Assembly: GCA_963825815.1 (NCBI GenBank)
Contig: CAWGVB010000002.1
Coordinates: 147,564 to 211,563 of the forward strand
Direction: 5' to 3'
From: an uncultured Gemmatimonadales bacterium
GTDB lineage: Bacteria; Gemmatimonadota; Gemmatimonadetes; Gemmatimonadales; GWC2-71-9
Length of the DNA stretch: 64,000 nucleotides
This document shows positions 54,248-63,765 of the stretch, in pieces. The notes beneath the pieces are model-generated. The model saw only the letters and a list, made by a program, of their open reading frames with translations, ran no database searches and was not told the DNA's origin. Position numbers and translations under genes: made by a program. Numbering within the stretch: position 1 is the first letter of the stretch; every line of letters starts with the position of its first letter.

Positions 54248-54868
54248 ATGTCGCCGCTGGAAACCCTCGGCTTTGCGCTCGGCACCTCGTTCGCTTCGGG
54301 GCTGAACCTTTACGCCACGGTAGCCGCCGCGGGGTTGTTCCAGCGATTCGGAATCATCCAGCTCCCCGATAGCCTGCAGGTACTCGCGAGTCCCTTCGTC
54401 CTGGGGATCGCGATTCTGCTGTTCGTCATTGAATTCATCGCAGACAAGATCCCCTACGTCGACAGCGCGTGGGACGCCGTCCACACCTTCATCCGTCCCC
54501 CGGCAGCGGCCCTCATCTCCTACAGCGCCTTCGGCCACGTGCCCGAGGAATGGAAGATTACGGCGGCGCTGCTGGCGGGCGGAGTGGCGCTCACCTCTCA
54601 CGGCGCCAAGGCCACGACCCGCGCCGCCGCCAACACCAGCCCGGAACCGATCAGCAACTGGACGCTCAGCACTCTGGAGGATGGACTCGCGGTGTTCCTG
54701 GCGTGGATGGCTGCGGCGCACCCGATCCTGACGGCCGCGGTCGTAGTGGTGCTGGTGATTCTCGCCGTGTTGTTGATCTGGAAGCTGGTGGGCTACGTAC
54801 GCGTGCTGCGCGACCGGGTACGAGGATGGAAGACGAGACCGGCCGGTCCGCCTGGAGGCGCCACGTAG
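54248..54868 (+). CDS. DUF4126 membrane protein
   Basis: SGLNLYA, EFIADKIPYVDSAWD.VHTFIRP, NTSPEP.SN. Confidence 0.9.
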   Translation: MSPLETLGFALGTSFASGLNLYATVAAAGLFQRFGIIQLPDSLQVLASPFVLGIAILLFVIEFIADKIPYVDSAWDAVHTFIRPPAAALISYSAFGHVPEEWKITAALLAGGVALTSHGAKATTRAAANTSPEPISNWTLSTLEDGLAVFLAWMAAAHPILTAAVVVVLVILAVLLIWKLVGYVRVLRDRVRGWKTRPAGPPGGAT

Positions 54869-54875
54869 GACCGTC

Positions 54876-55631
54876 TCAGTCCAGTCTGGCCCGGACTCTC
54901 TCTCCCATTCCGACACCGAGCCGCCGCGCCGCCGAGCCATCACGCACGGCGATCTCCACCGCCCCTCCCGATCCGATGTACGCCAGCAGGCTCCCGGTTG
55001 CCACGTCGTTGTAGGTCTGCTGCAGACGACCGATCTCCAGCTCGTCGATCTCGACCTTCGCGTGAGACGGCACCAGGTCGGCGGTGAGGTTGGTTATCAG
55101 ACTGCCAAACCGATCGACGTACACCACCTCCCCGACCACTGCTCCGTTCTCTCGATGCGGCGGAGTGTACGCCAGCCGGTGAGGCATGCCGGCGAACCGC
55201 TGCCCCAGTGAAGTGAGGGGGGCGCCGGTCGCCAAGGCAGCCGCCGCCGGAGCGAAGAGGTCGCGGCCGTGAAAGGTTCTCGACGACCCTTCCCGGGCCT
55301 GGAGTTCGACAGCCTCGACCTCCGCGTCGTGCAGCACCGGGGTGAACACCCCGTTGTCGGGGCCGACGAACCGGTGTCCGTGTGCGCTCAGGGCCAGGGC
55401 GGCGCGCGAGCTGCCCACTCCGGGATCTACCACGACGAGGTGGATCGTGCCCGCGGGAAAGCGGTGCCAGGTGCGTCCCAGGACGTATGCGGCGGATCGG
55501 ATATCTCCGGGAGCGATCTCGTGCGTTACATCGACCAGCGTGGCGCCGGGAGCACCACTGACGAGGACGCCCTTCACTTCGGCGACGTAGGAGTCGGCCG
55601 TGCCGAAGTCGGTGAGGAGGGTGATGATCAT
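54876..55631 (-). CDS. SAM hydroxide adenosyltransferase (DUF62, chlorinase/fluorinase family)
   Basis: TLLTDFG, VVDPGVG, GPDNG, TFHGRD, VDRFG. Confidence 0.92.
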   Translation of the reverse strand: MIITLLTDFGTADSYVAEVKGVLVSGAPGATLVDVTHEIAPGDIRSAAYVLGRTWHRFPAGTIHLVVVDPGVGSSRAALALSAHGHRFVGPDNGVFTPVLHDAEVEAVELQAREGSSRTFHGRDLFAPAAAALATGAPLTSLGQRFAGMPHRLAYTPPHRENGAVVGEVVYVDRFGSLITNLTADLVPSHAKVEIDELEIGRLQQTYNDVATGSLLAYIGSGGAVEIAVRDGSAARRLGVGMGERVRARLD

Positions 55632-55667
55632 AAAGCGGATAGAGCGGCAGAAGCGGGAAGTTCGGTT

Positions 55668-56777
55668 CTATCCCCGCAAGATCGGTAACGCCATGCTCCG
55701 GCCCGCGGTCTTCCGCTGCAGCTGCTCGGCGATATCCCGGAGGCTCTGAGCGGCGGGGCTCTCAGGCTGGGCAATCAGGATGGGCTGGCCTTCGTCCGCC
55801 AGAACGGCCAGCTGCGGCTGCAGTGGAACGCTGCCCAGCAGGGGCGCCGAAATCTCTTCGGCCAGGCGCTGCCCCCCACCCGAGGAGAAGAGCTCGAATC
55901 TGCGGCCGGTCTCGGGATCGGTGAACCCGCTCATATTCTCGACCACGCCAATGACTGGAACGCCCACGCGCTCGAACATTTTCGCTCCCCGAAGCGCGTC
56001 ACCCACCGCGACTTCCTGAGGCGTAGTGACGATCAGCGCGCCGGCCACGTGGGTGGCCTGAACCAGGGAGAGCTGGGCATCGCCGGTGCCGGGAGGGAGA
56101 TCGACAATGAAATAGTCCAGCTGGCCCCACTCCACGTCCTGGAGAAACTGATTGACGATTTTCATGATGATCGGACCGCGCCAGATGGCCGGAGCATCCC
56201 GCTCCACCAGGAAGCCCAGGGACATGAGCTTCACGCCATAGGCGTCCAGCGGCTGGATTTTACCTCCCAGCACGGGCGGGCGATCGAACACTCCAAACAT
56301 TCGCGGAATGTTCGGCCCGTAGACGTCCGCGTCCATCAGTCCGACCTGAAAACCTGCCTGGGTCAGAGCGATGGCAAGGTTGGCCGCGACAGTGGACTTG
56401 CCGACTCCACCCTTGCCGGAGGAGATCGCGATGATCTTTCCCAGATTGGGCTGCTCGGCCGGCTTGGGGGCAGGTGCGGTTGGGGCTCCAGCTCCGCTCG
56501 GTGGTCCATGAGTGGCCTGGGCGGGCCCGGCCGGATTGGTCACGTTGATCTTGATCTCGTCCTTCCGCACGCCCTCGACCGCGGCAACCGCGGTCCGAGC
56601 GGCCCGCACCAGGGAGGCAGGATCGTCGGGAGCCAGGAGGAAAGTGAACGATACCCGACCCTCGTCGGTCACCGTGAGGTCGCGAATCATCCCGGCCGAG
56701 AGCAGGTCGTTCTCCAAGCGGGGATTCTGAATCCGGGCAAGTGCCGCCGTGACTCGGGCCTCGAGCGAATCGCTCAC
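55668..56777 (-). CDS. mrp: Mrp/NBP35 (ApbC) family ATPase
   Basis: SGKGGVGKST, DADVYGP, WRGP, DLPPGTGD, VTTPQ, ENMS. Confidence 0.93.
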   Translation of the reverse strand: MSDSLEARVTAALARIQNPRLENDLLSAGMIRDLTVTDEGRVSFTFLLAPDDPASLVRAARTAVAAVEGVRKDEIKINVTNPAGPAQATHGPPSGAGAPTAPAPKPAEQPNLGKIIAISSGKGGVGKSTVAANLAIALTQAGFQVGLMDADVYGPNIPRMFGVFDRPPVLGGKIQPLDAYGVKLMSLGFLVERDAPAIWRGPIIMKIVNQFLQDVEWGQLDYFIVDLPPGTGDAQLSLVQATHVAGALIVTTPQEVAVGDALRGAKMFERVGVPVIGVVENMSGFTDPETGRRFELFSSGGGQRLAEEISAPLLGSVPLQPQLAVLADEGQPILIAQPESPAAQSLRDIAEQLQRKTAGRSMALPILRG

Positions 56778-56780
56778 GGA

Positions 56781-57011
56781 CTACACCGCCTCCACGTGCT
56801 TGACTTCCGGCACCATCTCCCGGAGTCGGGCCTCGATGCCTTGCTTCAGGGTAACCGTGGAGGCGGAGCAACCGTGACAGGTTCCCCCGAGACGCAGCAG
56901 CAGGATCCCGTCCTGCTCGTCGAAGTCCACGACCTCAACCCGCCCCCGGTGCGACGCGATATAGGGCCGAAGGGTGTCGAGGGTCTGCTCGATGCGATCG
57001 ATGGTGTCCAT
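56781..57011 (-). CDS. NifU/Nfu C-terminal domain protein
   Basis: LRPYIASHRG, GTCHGC, TLKQGIE. Confidence 0.92.
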   Translation of the reverse strand: MDTIDRIEQTLDTLRPYIASHRGRVEVVDFDEQDGILLLRLGGTCHGCSASTVTLKQGIEARLREMVPEVKHVEAV

Positions 57012-57025
57012 GGTGGAAATATAGT

Positions 57026-57124
57026 GGGAGTCGCCAGTCGTCAGTCCTCAGTCGTCAGATTGCCCTGAATAAGCCTCGGGACCACTGGCGACTAGGGACT
57101 GGGGACTGGCGACTGGCGACTCCC
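57026..57124. repeat. Inverted heptamer arrays (CAGTCGY)n ... (CTGGCGA)n
   Basis: GGGAGTCGCCAGTCG (57026-57040) is perfectly complementary to 57110-57124; four to six units per arm. Confidence 0.88.
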
Positions 57125-58141
57125 CGCCCCATTCGACCCCAGATACTCCCGCGCGGCCTTGAGCACCGTGTCCTGCACCTCCGCCAGCGATCCGGTCAAC
57201 GAGAGACCGGCGGCTTTGGTATGTCCCCCTCCGCCATAAGCCTTCGCAAAGGCGGCGACATCCACGTCACCCACCGATCGGAGCGAGACTTTGACCCGCC
57301 CCTGGGCAATTTCCCGGAAGAGAAGCGCCATGCGCACACCCTCGATCGAGCGGGGAAACTCGACCACCCCATCCAGGTCGTCTGAGGAGACGCCATGGCG
57401 CTCGATCGAACCCGGCGGGACCGTCACCCAGGCCAGCCCGTACTCCGGCTCCACCACCAGGGTTTGCAGCGCCTCGGCAAAGAGACGAGGCCGACCCTCA
57501 GGCGCCCGGGCATACACCTCGAGATAGATCTGCTCGGGGTCTACTCCGACCTCCAGCAGGTCGGCCGCAATCCTCAAGGTATGAGGCCGGGTGTTGCTGA
57601 ACCGAAAACCTCCGGTATCGGTGAGCAGCGCCACGTAGAGCGCGCGGGCGACGGCCTGAGTCACAGGCCAATCGTTTGCCCGGGCAATCTCGAAGATCAG
57701 CTCGCCCGTGGCCGCGGCATCCGGATCCACGTAGCGGGGGCCGGCCGGAAGCACCCCGGCGCTGACGTGGTGGTCCACGCAGGCAACAGGAACACCGCGC
57801 TGCTTGACCGTATCGCTCAGCATGCCCAGCCGCGCCAGATCCGAGATGTCCAGGACGACGATCAGGTCGGCCCGGCGCAGCTCCTTTACCGCCTCGCTGG
57901 TCTTGTCGACGCCGGGGATATCGCGGAAGAGGAACCCGAACCGAGGCGGCGTCGGAGTGGGGTTGGTGATGATGGCATCGATGTTCTGGGCCCGGAGGAG
58001 GTGCACCAACGCCACCTCACTGCCCAGACCATCGCCATCGGGGTTGACGTGGGTGGTGATGCAAACGCGCTGGCCGGGCCGGAGCGCATCGGCGAACGAC
58101 GCAGCCCCGGCGATCTTCTCGGGGGACAGCAACAGCGGCAT
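57092..58141 (-). CDS. nrnA: DHH/DHHA1 oligoribonuclease/pAp phosphatase
   Basis: HVNPDGD, VDHH, TDTGGF, KVSLRS, GGGH. Confidence 0.92.
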   Translation of the reverse strand: MPLLLSPEKIAGAASFADALRPGQRVCITTHVNPDGDGLGSEVALVHLLRAQNIDAIITNPTPTPPRFGFLFRDIPGVDKTSEAVKELRRADLIVVLDISDLARLGMLSDTVKQRGVPVACVDHHVSAGVLPAGPRYVDPDAAATGELIFEIARANDWPVTQAVARALYVALLTDTGGFRFSNTRPHTLRIAADLLEVGVDPEQIYLEVYARAPEGRPRLFAEALQTLVVEPEYGLAWVTVPPGSIERHGVSSDDLDGVVEFPRSIEGVRMALLFREIAQGRVKVSLRSVGDVDVAAFAKAYGGGGHTKAAGLSLTGSLAEVQDTVLKAAREYLGSNGAGSRQSPVPSP

Positions 58142-58179
58142 TTCCAATACTAACCGCAGACAACCACTGGCGCGAAACT

Positions 58180-59628
58180 CTACGTATCGTTGCCGGCCGC
58201 CAGCCGGGAATGCGTTCGGCTATAGGAGAAGTAGATGACCAGTCCGATCACCAGCCAGATGACGAGCCGGAGCCAGGTCTCCTTGTCCAGATAGGCCATG
58301 AGGTACGCGGAGGAGAGTGCGCCCATCGGGGCCACGAACCAGACCATCGGGGTCTTGAATGGCCGAGGCAGGTTGGGCTCGCGTATTCTCAACACCAGAA
58401 CCCCACAACACACGATCACGAAGGCCAGCAGGGTTCCGATCGACACCAGTTTGGCCGCATCCCTGACGGGCAGGATGGCTGCGGGGAGCGAGACCCCCAG
58501 TCCGGTCACGATGGACGTGATATAAGGAGTGCGGAATCGGGGGTGGACCCGCCGAATGAAGGGAGGGAGTAGTCCGTCGCGGGACATCGAATAGAAAATG
58601 CGGGATTGTCCCAACAGCTGGACCAGAATGACCGATGTGAGTCCGGCGATGGCTCCAATCTTGATGAAGGCACCGAAGAATCCGAGCCCGGTATAATCCG
58701 CCACCTTAGCGATTGGGGCCGGCACGTCCAGATCGGTATAGTGGACGATGCCGGTTGCAATGGCAGACACCACGATGTACAGAACGGTACACGCGATCAG
58801 CGATCCGATGATGGCAATGGGCATGTCCCGCTGCGGATTCTTGGCCTCCTGCGCCGCGGTCGTAACCGAATCAAATCCGATATAGGCAAAGAACACGATT
58901 GCCGCGCCGGCCACGACGCCGCTGAAGCCGAAGTGCTCCCGCGCCCCGGTGTTGGGTGGGATGAACGGATGCCAGTTGGCCGGGTTCACATGCGGGGCCG
59001 CCAGGGCGATGAAGAGCAGGACTACGGCCACCTTGATGAAAACGATGACGTTGTTCACCGAGGCCGACTCCTTGATCCCTACCACCAGCAGCGTCGTGAT
59101 GAGTGCGATGATGAACACCGCCGGCAGATTCAAAAGCGCGGTCACCTGACTGCCATCAGCCAGGGTTACCACTGTTCCCCGGGCAGCCTGCCAGTGGGCC
59201 GGGATGTGAATCCCCAGGCCATCCAGAAACGAGACCATGTAGCCTGACCAGCCGATGGCCACCGTGGTTGCGGCGAGGGCGTACTCCAACACCAGATCCC
59301 ACCCGATGATCCAGGCAATGAACTCGCCCAGCGTGGCATATCCGTAGGTGTAGGCGCTGCCCGCCATCGGCACCAGTGATGCGAACTCGCTATAGCACAG
59401 CGCGGCAAAGATGGACGCCACCCCCGCCAGCACGAATGACAGGATCACCGCGGGGCCGGCGTTTTGAGCCGCTACCGTTCCGGTCAGGACGAAAATTCCG
59501 GTACCAATGATGGCGCCCACGCCGAGCGCCGTCAGGTTCACCACTCCGAGCGCTCGTTTGAGACTATGGTCTGCGGCGGCTTCTGCCTGCAGCGCCGTGA
59601 CGCTTTTGCGTCGGAAGAGGCCGTTCAC
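58180..59628 (-). CDS. APC-family amino acid permease (paralogue 2)
   Basis: GAIIGTGIF, GSAYTY, FAYIGFD; GTG start overlapping the upstream stop (GTGA). Confidence 0.93.
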   Translation of the reverse strand: MNGLFRRKSVTALQAEAAADHSLKRALGVVNLTALGVGAIIGTGIFVLTGTVAAQNAGPAVILSFVLAGVASIFAALCYSEFASLVPMAGSAYTYGYATLGEFIAWIIGWDLVLEYALAATTVAIGWSGYMVSFLDGLGIHIPAHWQAARGTVVTLADGSQVTALLNLPAVFIIALITTLLVVGIKESASVNNVIVFIKVAVVLLFIALAAPHVNPANWHPFIPPNTGAREHFGFSGVVAGAAIVFFAYIGFDSVTTAAQEAKNPQRDMPIAIIGSLIACTVLYIVVSAIATGIVHYTDLDVPAPIAKVADYTGLGFFGAFIKIGAIAGLTSVILVQLLGQSRIFYSMSRDGLLPPFIRRVHPRFRTPYITSIVTGLGVSLPAAILPVRDAAKLVSIGTLLAFVIVCCGVLVLRIREPNLPRPFKTPMVWFVAPMGALSSAYLMAYLDKETWLRLVIWLVIGLVIYFSYSRTHSRLAAGNDT

Positions 59629-61136
59629 GCCGATTTCCTCACCGCCTGGCTTTCCCGCTCCCGCTGCAGCACGCTGTGCTTCCGGCCATAGCCGAAGTAG
59701 ATCACGAATCCGATCAGAAGCCACACGAACAGCCGAATCCAGGTATCGGCCGGAAGCGTTGCCATGAGACCCAGGCAGCAGAGAATGCCCATGATCGGCA
59801 CGAAGGGCACGAGTGGGGTCCGGAACGGCCGGTCCAGGTCAGGCCGCTTTTTTCGGAGTATCAGGACCCCGATACAGACCAGCACGAACGCCAACAACGT
59901 GCCGATGTTCACCAGCTGGCCCAGCAGCTGAAGCGGCAGAATTCCGGTGGCGAGACCTACCGCAACCCCGGTGAAAATCGAAGAGAGATAGGGAGTACGA
60001 AACTTGGGGTGCACCTTCCCGGCCCAGCCACCCAGGAGTCCATCGCGTGACATCGAGTAGAACACCCGGCTCTGGCCCAGAAGCATGACCAGAATGACTG
60101 ATGCGAGGCCGAGCACGGCGCCCACGTCTACCAGGATCCGCACCAGATGAGGAGCGCCAACCTTCTCCAGAGCGTAGGCCACCGGCGCCGCCACATTGAG
60201 CTCGGTATATGGCACCATTCCAACCAGCACCGCCGAGACCACTACATAGAGCACGGTACAGATGGCTAATGAGCCCAGAATCCCGATCGGAAGATCGCGT
60301 TGCGGATTTTTAGCCTCCTGGGCCGCCGTCGATACGGCATCGAACCCGATATAGGCGAAGAACACCAGGCCGGCCCCCCGAAGCACGCCGGATACGCCGT
60401 AAGTGCCCCACTCGCCGGTGTTGGGGGGAATGAAAGGCTGCCAGTTACTCGGGTTCACGTAGCTGAGACCGACCCCGACGATCAGCAGCACGATGGCAAC
60501 CTTGAGGATCACGATGAAGTTGTTGACTGAGGCCGATTCCTTGATCCCTACCACGAGAATGGTGCTCATTACCGCTACGATGAAAACTGCGGGCAGGTTG
60601 AGCAGCGCGCCGGTCAGGTTGAGACCGGCATGCGCGCAGCCCGCCACGGCCCGGGTGACCTCACCCTCGGTACACCACCGGGTGGGCGCCTGGGTCAGAT
60701 GTCCCGGCAGGTTGATGCCGAACTGATTGACGAGACTCACCAGGTGTCCCGACCAGCCGACTCCGACCGTCGCCGCGCCCGCGGCGTACTCCAGCACCAG
60801 GTCCCAGCCGATGATCCAGGCGATCAGCTCGCCCATGGTGGCGTAGGAGTAGGTGTACGCGCTCCCCGCCACCGGAACCGTGCTGGCCATTTCGGCGTAG
60901 CAGAGCCCGGCGAAGGTGCATGCGATGCCCACCAGAATCATCGAGATCGGCACCGCAGGGCCGGCGTGCAGCGCTGCGGCCTGGCCGGTGAGCACGAAGA
61001 TCCCGGCGCCGATGATGGCGCCGATGCCGAGAGTGATCAGATTCAGCGGGCCGAGCTTGCGCTTCAGGGAGTGCTCGCCAGTCTCTTCGGCTTCCGCGCG
61101 GAGTGCCGACACTGACTTCGTGGCCCAGAGATTCAT
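59625..61136 (-). CDS. APC-family amino acid permease (paralogue 1)
   Basis: GAIIGAGIF, GSAYTY, FAYIGFD, EAKNPQRD. Confidence 0.93.
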   Translation of the reverse strand: MNLWATKSVSALRAEAEETGEHSLKRKLGPLNLITLGIGAIIGAGIFVLTGQAAALHAGPAVPISMILVGIACTFAGLCYAEMASTVPVAGSAYTYSYATMGELIAWIIGWDLVLEYAAGAATVGVGWSGHLVSLVNQFGINLPGHLTQAPTRWCTEGEVTRAVAGCAHAGLNLTGALLNLPAVFIVAVMSTILVVGIKESASVNNFIVILKVAIVLLIVGVGLSYVNPSNWQPFIPPNTGEWGTYGVSGVLRGAGLVFFAYIGFDAVSTAAQEAKNPQRDLPIGILGSLAICTVLYVVVSAVLVGMVPYTELNVAAPVAYALEKVGAPHLVRILVDVGAVLGLASVILVMLLGQSRVFYSMSRDGLLGGWAGKVHPKFRTPYLSSIFTGVAVGLATGILPLQLLGQLVNIGTLLAFVLVCIGVLILRKKRPDLDRPFRTPLVPFVPIMGILCCLGLMATLPADTWIRLFVWLLIGFVIYFGYGRKHSVLQRERESQAVRKSA

Positions 61137-61182
61137 CGGCCGGATCCTTGGTTAGAAAACGTGAGCGGGACTAGGAAGGCTA

Positions 61183-62640
61183 CTACGCGCTGTAATTCGG
61201 GGCTTCCCGCGTGATCGTCACATCATGCGGGTGTGATTCTCTGAGTCCGGCGCTGGTAATCTGAATCATCTCCACATCGCATTGAAGCTGCGGGATGCTG
61301 CCTACGCCACAGTAGCCCATGCCGCTCCGCAGCCCTCCAACCATCTGATACAGCACATCGGCTACTGGCCCCTTGTAGGGGACTCGGCCCTCGATGCCCT
61401 CGGGTACCATCTTGGAAGCGGCCATTTCCCCTTCCTGGAAGTACCGGTCGGCCGATCCATCCTGCATGGCCGACAGGCTTCCCATGCCCCGGATCATCTT
61501 GAACCGTCGGCCCTCGGCCAGAACCGACTCGCCGGGACTCTCCTCTGTTCCGGCCAGCATGGAGCCCATCATCACTGAGGACGCTCCAGCGGCCAAAGCC
61601 TTGACCACGTCTCCCGAGTACTTGACCCCGCCATCGGCGATGATCGGGACGTCATCGGCTCCCCGCAGTGAATCGAGAATGGCCGTGACCTGAGGCACGC
61701 CGACGCCGGTGACCACCCTGGTAGTGCAGATACTCCCGGGGCCGATGCCGACTTTCACGGCATCCACACCCCGCCGGACCAGCTCCCGGGCCCCGGCTTC
61801 GGAGGCGACATTGCCGGCGATGAGCTGCACGTCGGGGAACGCTTCCCGCAGCTGATCCACCGTGCTGAGAACACCCTCGCTGTGACCGTGGGCGGAGTCG
61901 ACCACGATCACATCAACGCCGGCTCCCACCAGGCTGCGGGCGCGCGGAAGGGCATCCGGTCCCCCGCTCACCGCGCCGGCTACCCGAAGGCGGCCGTGCT
62001 GGTCCTTGTTGGCGTTGGGGTGCTCCCGTCGTTTGAAGATGTCCTTCACCGTGATGAGCCCCTTGAGCACCCCCTGCGCATCCACCACGGGCAGTTTTTC
62101 GATCCGGTGCTTGGCGAGAATTCGTTCCGCTTCGTCCAGTCCGGTCCCGACCGGCACGGTGACCAGTTTTTCCTTGGTCATGACCTCGCGGATGGGCTGG
62201 TCGAGGTTGCTCTCGAACTGGAGGTCGCGGTTGGTGATGATGCCGACCAGCCGTCCCTGGCCATCCACGATGGGCACTCCGGAGATCCGGAAGCGCCGCA
62301 TCAACGCCATGGCTTCCTTCAGGAGGCGGTCGGGACCGAGCGTGATCGGGTTCATGATCATCCCGCTCTCGCTTCGCTTCACCCGATCCACCTCGGCAGC
62401 CTGCCGCTCGATGGTCATGTTCTTGTGCAGGACTCCAATGCCGCCGGCCCGGGCCATGGCGATGGCCATCTCCGCCTCGGTAACGGTATCCATGGCGGCC
62501 GATACGAGCGGGATATTGAGGGAGATGGTGCGGGTCAGGCGAGTGGCGGTCGAGACCTCACGCGGATGGACGGTGGAGTGCCGGGGAACCAGCAGCACGT
62601 CGTCGAAGGTGAGGCCAAGCTTGGGCCGGATCACACTCAT
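61183..62640 (-). CDS. guaB: IMP dehydrogenase
   Basis: [11 protein letters not shown] pair, [22 protein letters not shown]. Confidence 0.99.
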   Translation of the reverse strand: MSVIRPKLGLTFDDVLLVPRHSTVHPREVSTATRLTRTISLNIPLVSAAMDTVTEAEMAIAMARAGGIGVLHKNMTIERQAAEVDRVKRSESGMIMNPITLGPDRLLKEAMALMRRFRISGVPIVDGQGRLVGIITNRDLQFESNLDQPIREVMTKEKLVTVPVGTGLDEAERILAKHRIEKLPVVDAQGVLKGLITVKDIFKRREHPNANKDQHGRLRVAGAVSGGPDALPRARSLVGAGVDVIVVDSAHGHSEGVLSTVDQLREAFPDVQLIAGNVASEAGARELVRRGVDAVKVGIGPGSICTTRVVTGVGVPQVTAILDSLRGADDVPIIADGGVKYSGDVVKALAAGASSVMMGSMLAGTEESPGESVLAEGRRFKMIRGMGSLSAMQDGSADRYFQEGEMAASKMVPEGIEGRVPYKGPVADVLYQMVGGLRSGMGYCGVGSIPQLQCDVEMIQITSAGLRESHPHDVTITREAPNYSA

Positions 62641-62792
62641 GTGCAGCCGACCCTATACACAACGGCCCACCGGTGCCCGGTATGGGCGAGCGGCGGGCCA
62701 GAGTTCAATTGGTCCATCTCAAACACTAGCAGTCGTTTGCGTTTTAATCAAGCTCAGCGCATGACGGCGGAATCAATAGCACTAGCAATTCC

Positions 62793-63614
62793 TCATGGCC
62801 GCCGGGCTATGGCGAGCAGATGCGCACTGACGCCCAGGAGTGCAGGCTCGGTCTCCAGCGCCGCGATTGCGTCGAGCAGCGCCGCACGGCGCCGCTCCTG
62901 GCCAAGCCGCGCGTCGATATCCGGCATGAGCCAGCCGATCCCTTCTACCGCAAGGGTGGCAGTGTGCTCCAGCCCGGCAGCTGCGCACTCCGCTGCCAGC
63001 TCTTCGGGGCGGTGGAAGTAAGCGGTAGTGAAGTATGCCGGGTTGCCGGTGGGGTTTCGATGTCGCCCATCCTGCCGGTCTCCCGCGGCTATAGCCGCGA
63101 ACACCGGGTCCTCCAGATAGTCGCCCCGGAGACCATCCAGAGTCGACGCAAAGCGGGAAATGCCCGCGGCGACAATGACGCCACCCGGACGGCACACCCG
63201 GCGGGCCTCGGCCAGAGCCTGAAGTCGGTCGGCCCGCTCGGAGAGATGGTAAAGCGGTCCGAGCAACAGGACTGCGTCCATGCTCGCATCAGGGAACGGA
63301 AGCTCCCGCGCGTCACCCACCTGTGCGCTGGCGAGCACCGCCGTGGATCTGCTCTGGGAGGCGCTGCGGGCCTGCTCGATGTGCAGTGTTACCGGGTCGA
63401 CCAGGTGAACCTGGTATCCCTGCCCGGCGAGCCATATGGCGTATCGGCCTGGCCCGCCGCCGACGTCGGCCAGCACCGCTGGAGCCGCTGGGAGATATCG
63501 CTCGAGTAGCTGTTGAGTCCGTAACAGCTCGAGCGCCCCCTGCCCGGCAGAGAGCCGATCGCGCTCCAGGCCCCGAGCATAAAAGGCCGCGATCTCGTGC
63601 TTCTCGTCGCCCAT
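62793..63614 (-). CDS. Class I SAM-dependent methyltransferase
   Basis: DVGGGPG, GDAR, LLGPLYHL; ATG at 63614 after GAGGAG. Confidence 0.9.
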   Translation of the reverse strand: MGDEKHEIAAFYARGLERDRLSAGQGALELLRTQQLLERYLPAAPAVLADVGGGPGRYAIWLAGQGYQVHLVDPVTLHIEQARSASQSRSTAVLASAQVGDARELPFPDASMDAVLLLGPLYHLSERADRLQALAEARRVCRPGGVIVAAGISRFASTLDGLRGDYLEDPVFAAIAAGDRQDGRHRNPTGNPAYFTTAYFHRPEELAAECAAAGLEHTATLAVEGIGWLMPDIDARLGQERRRAALLDAIAALETEPALLGVSAHLLAIARRP

Positions 63615-63765
63615 CAGCTCCTCGGCATGCGCAGTTCCGCCGTTTTCAGCGGAGACTGGTCCGCTCCCGCTCCACAATCTGCCGTCGACCACCCTTCAGC
63701 CTGGCAAGGAATTTAGCTCGGAGACGGTCTTTATTTTCGGGGTTGCTCAGTAGCGCCCGCGCGGA

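Noticed and set aside
54876-55631. Halogenase / natural-product cluster
   Set aside because: Housekeeping context and a TFHGRD motif fit the widespread DUF62 SAM hydrolase.
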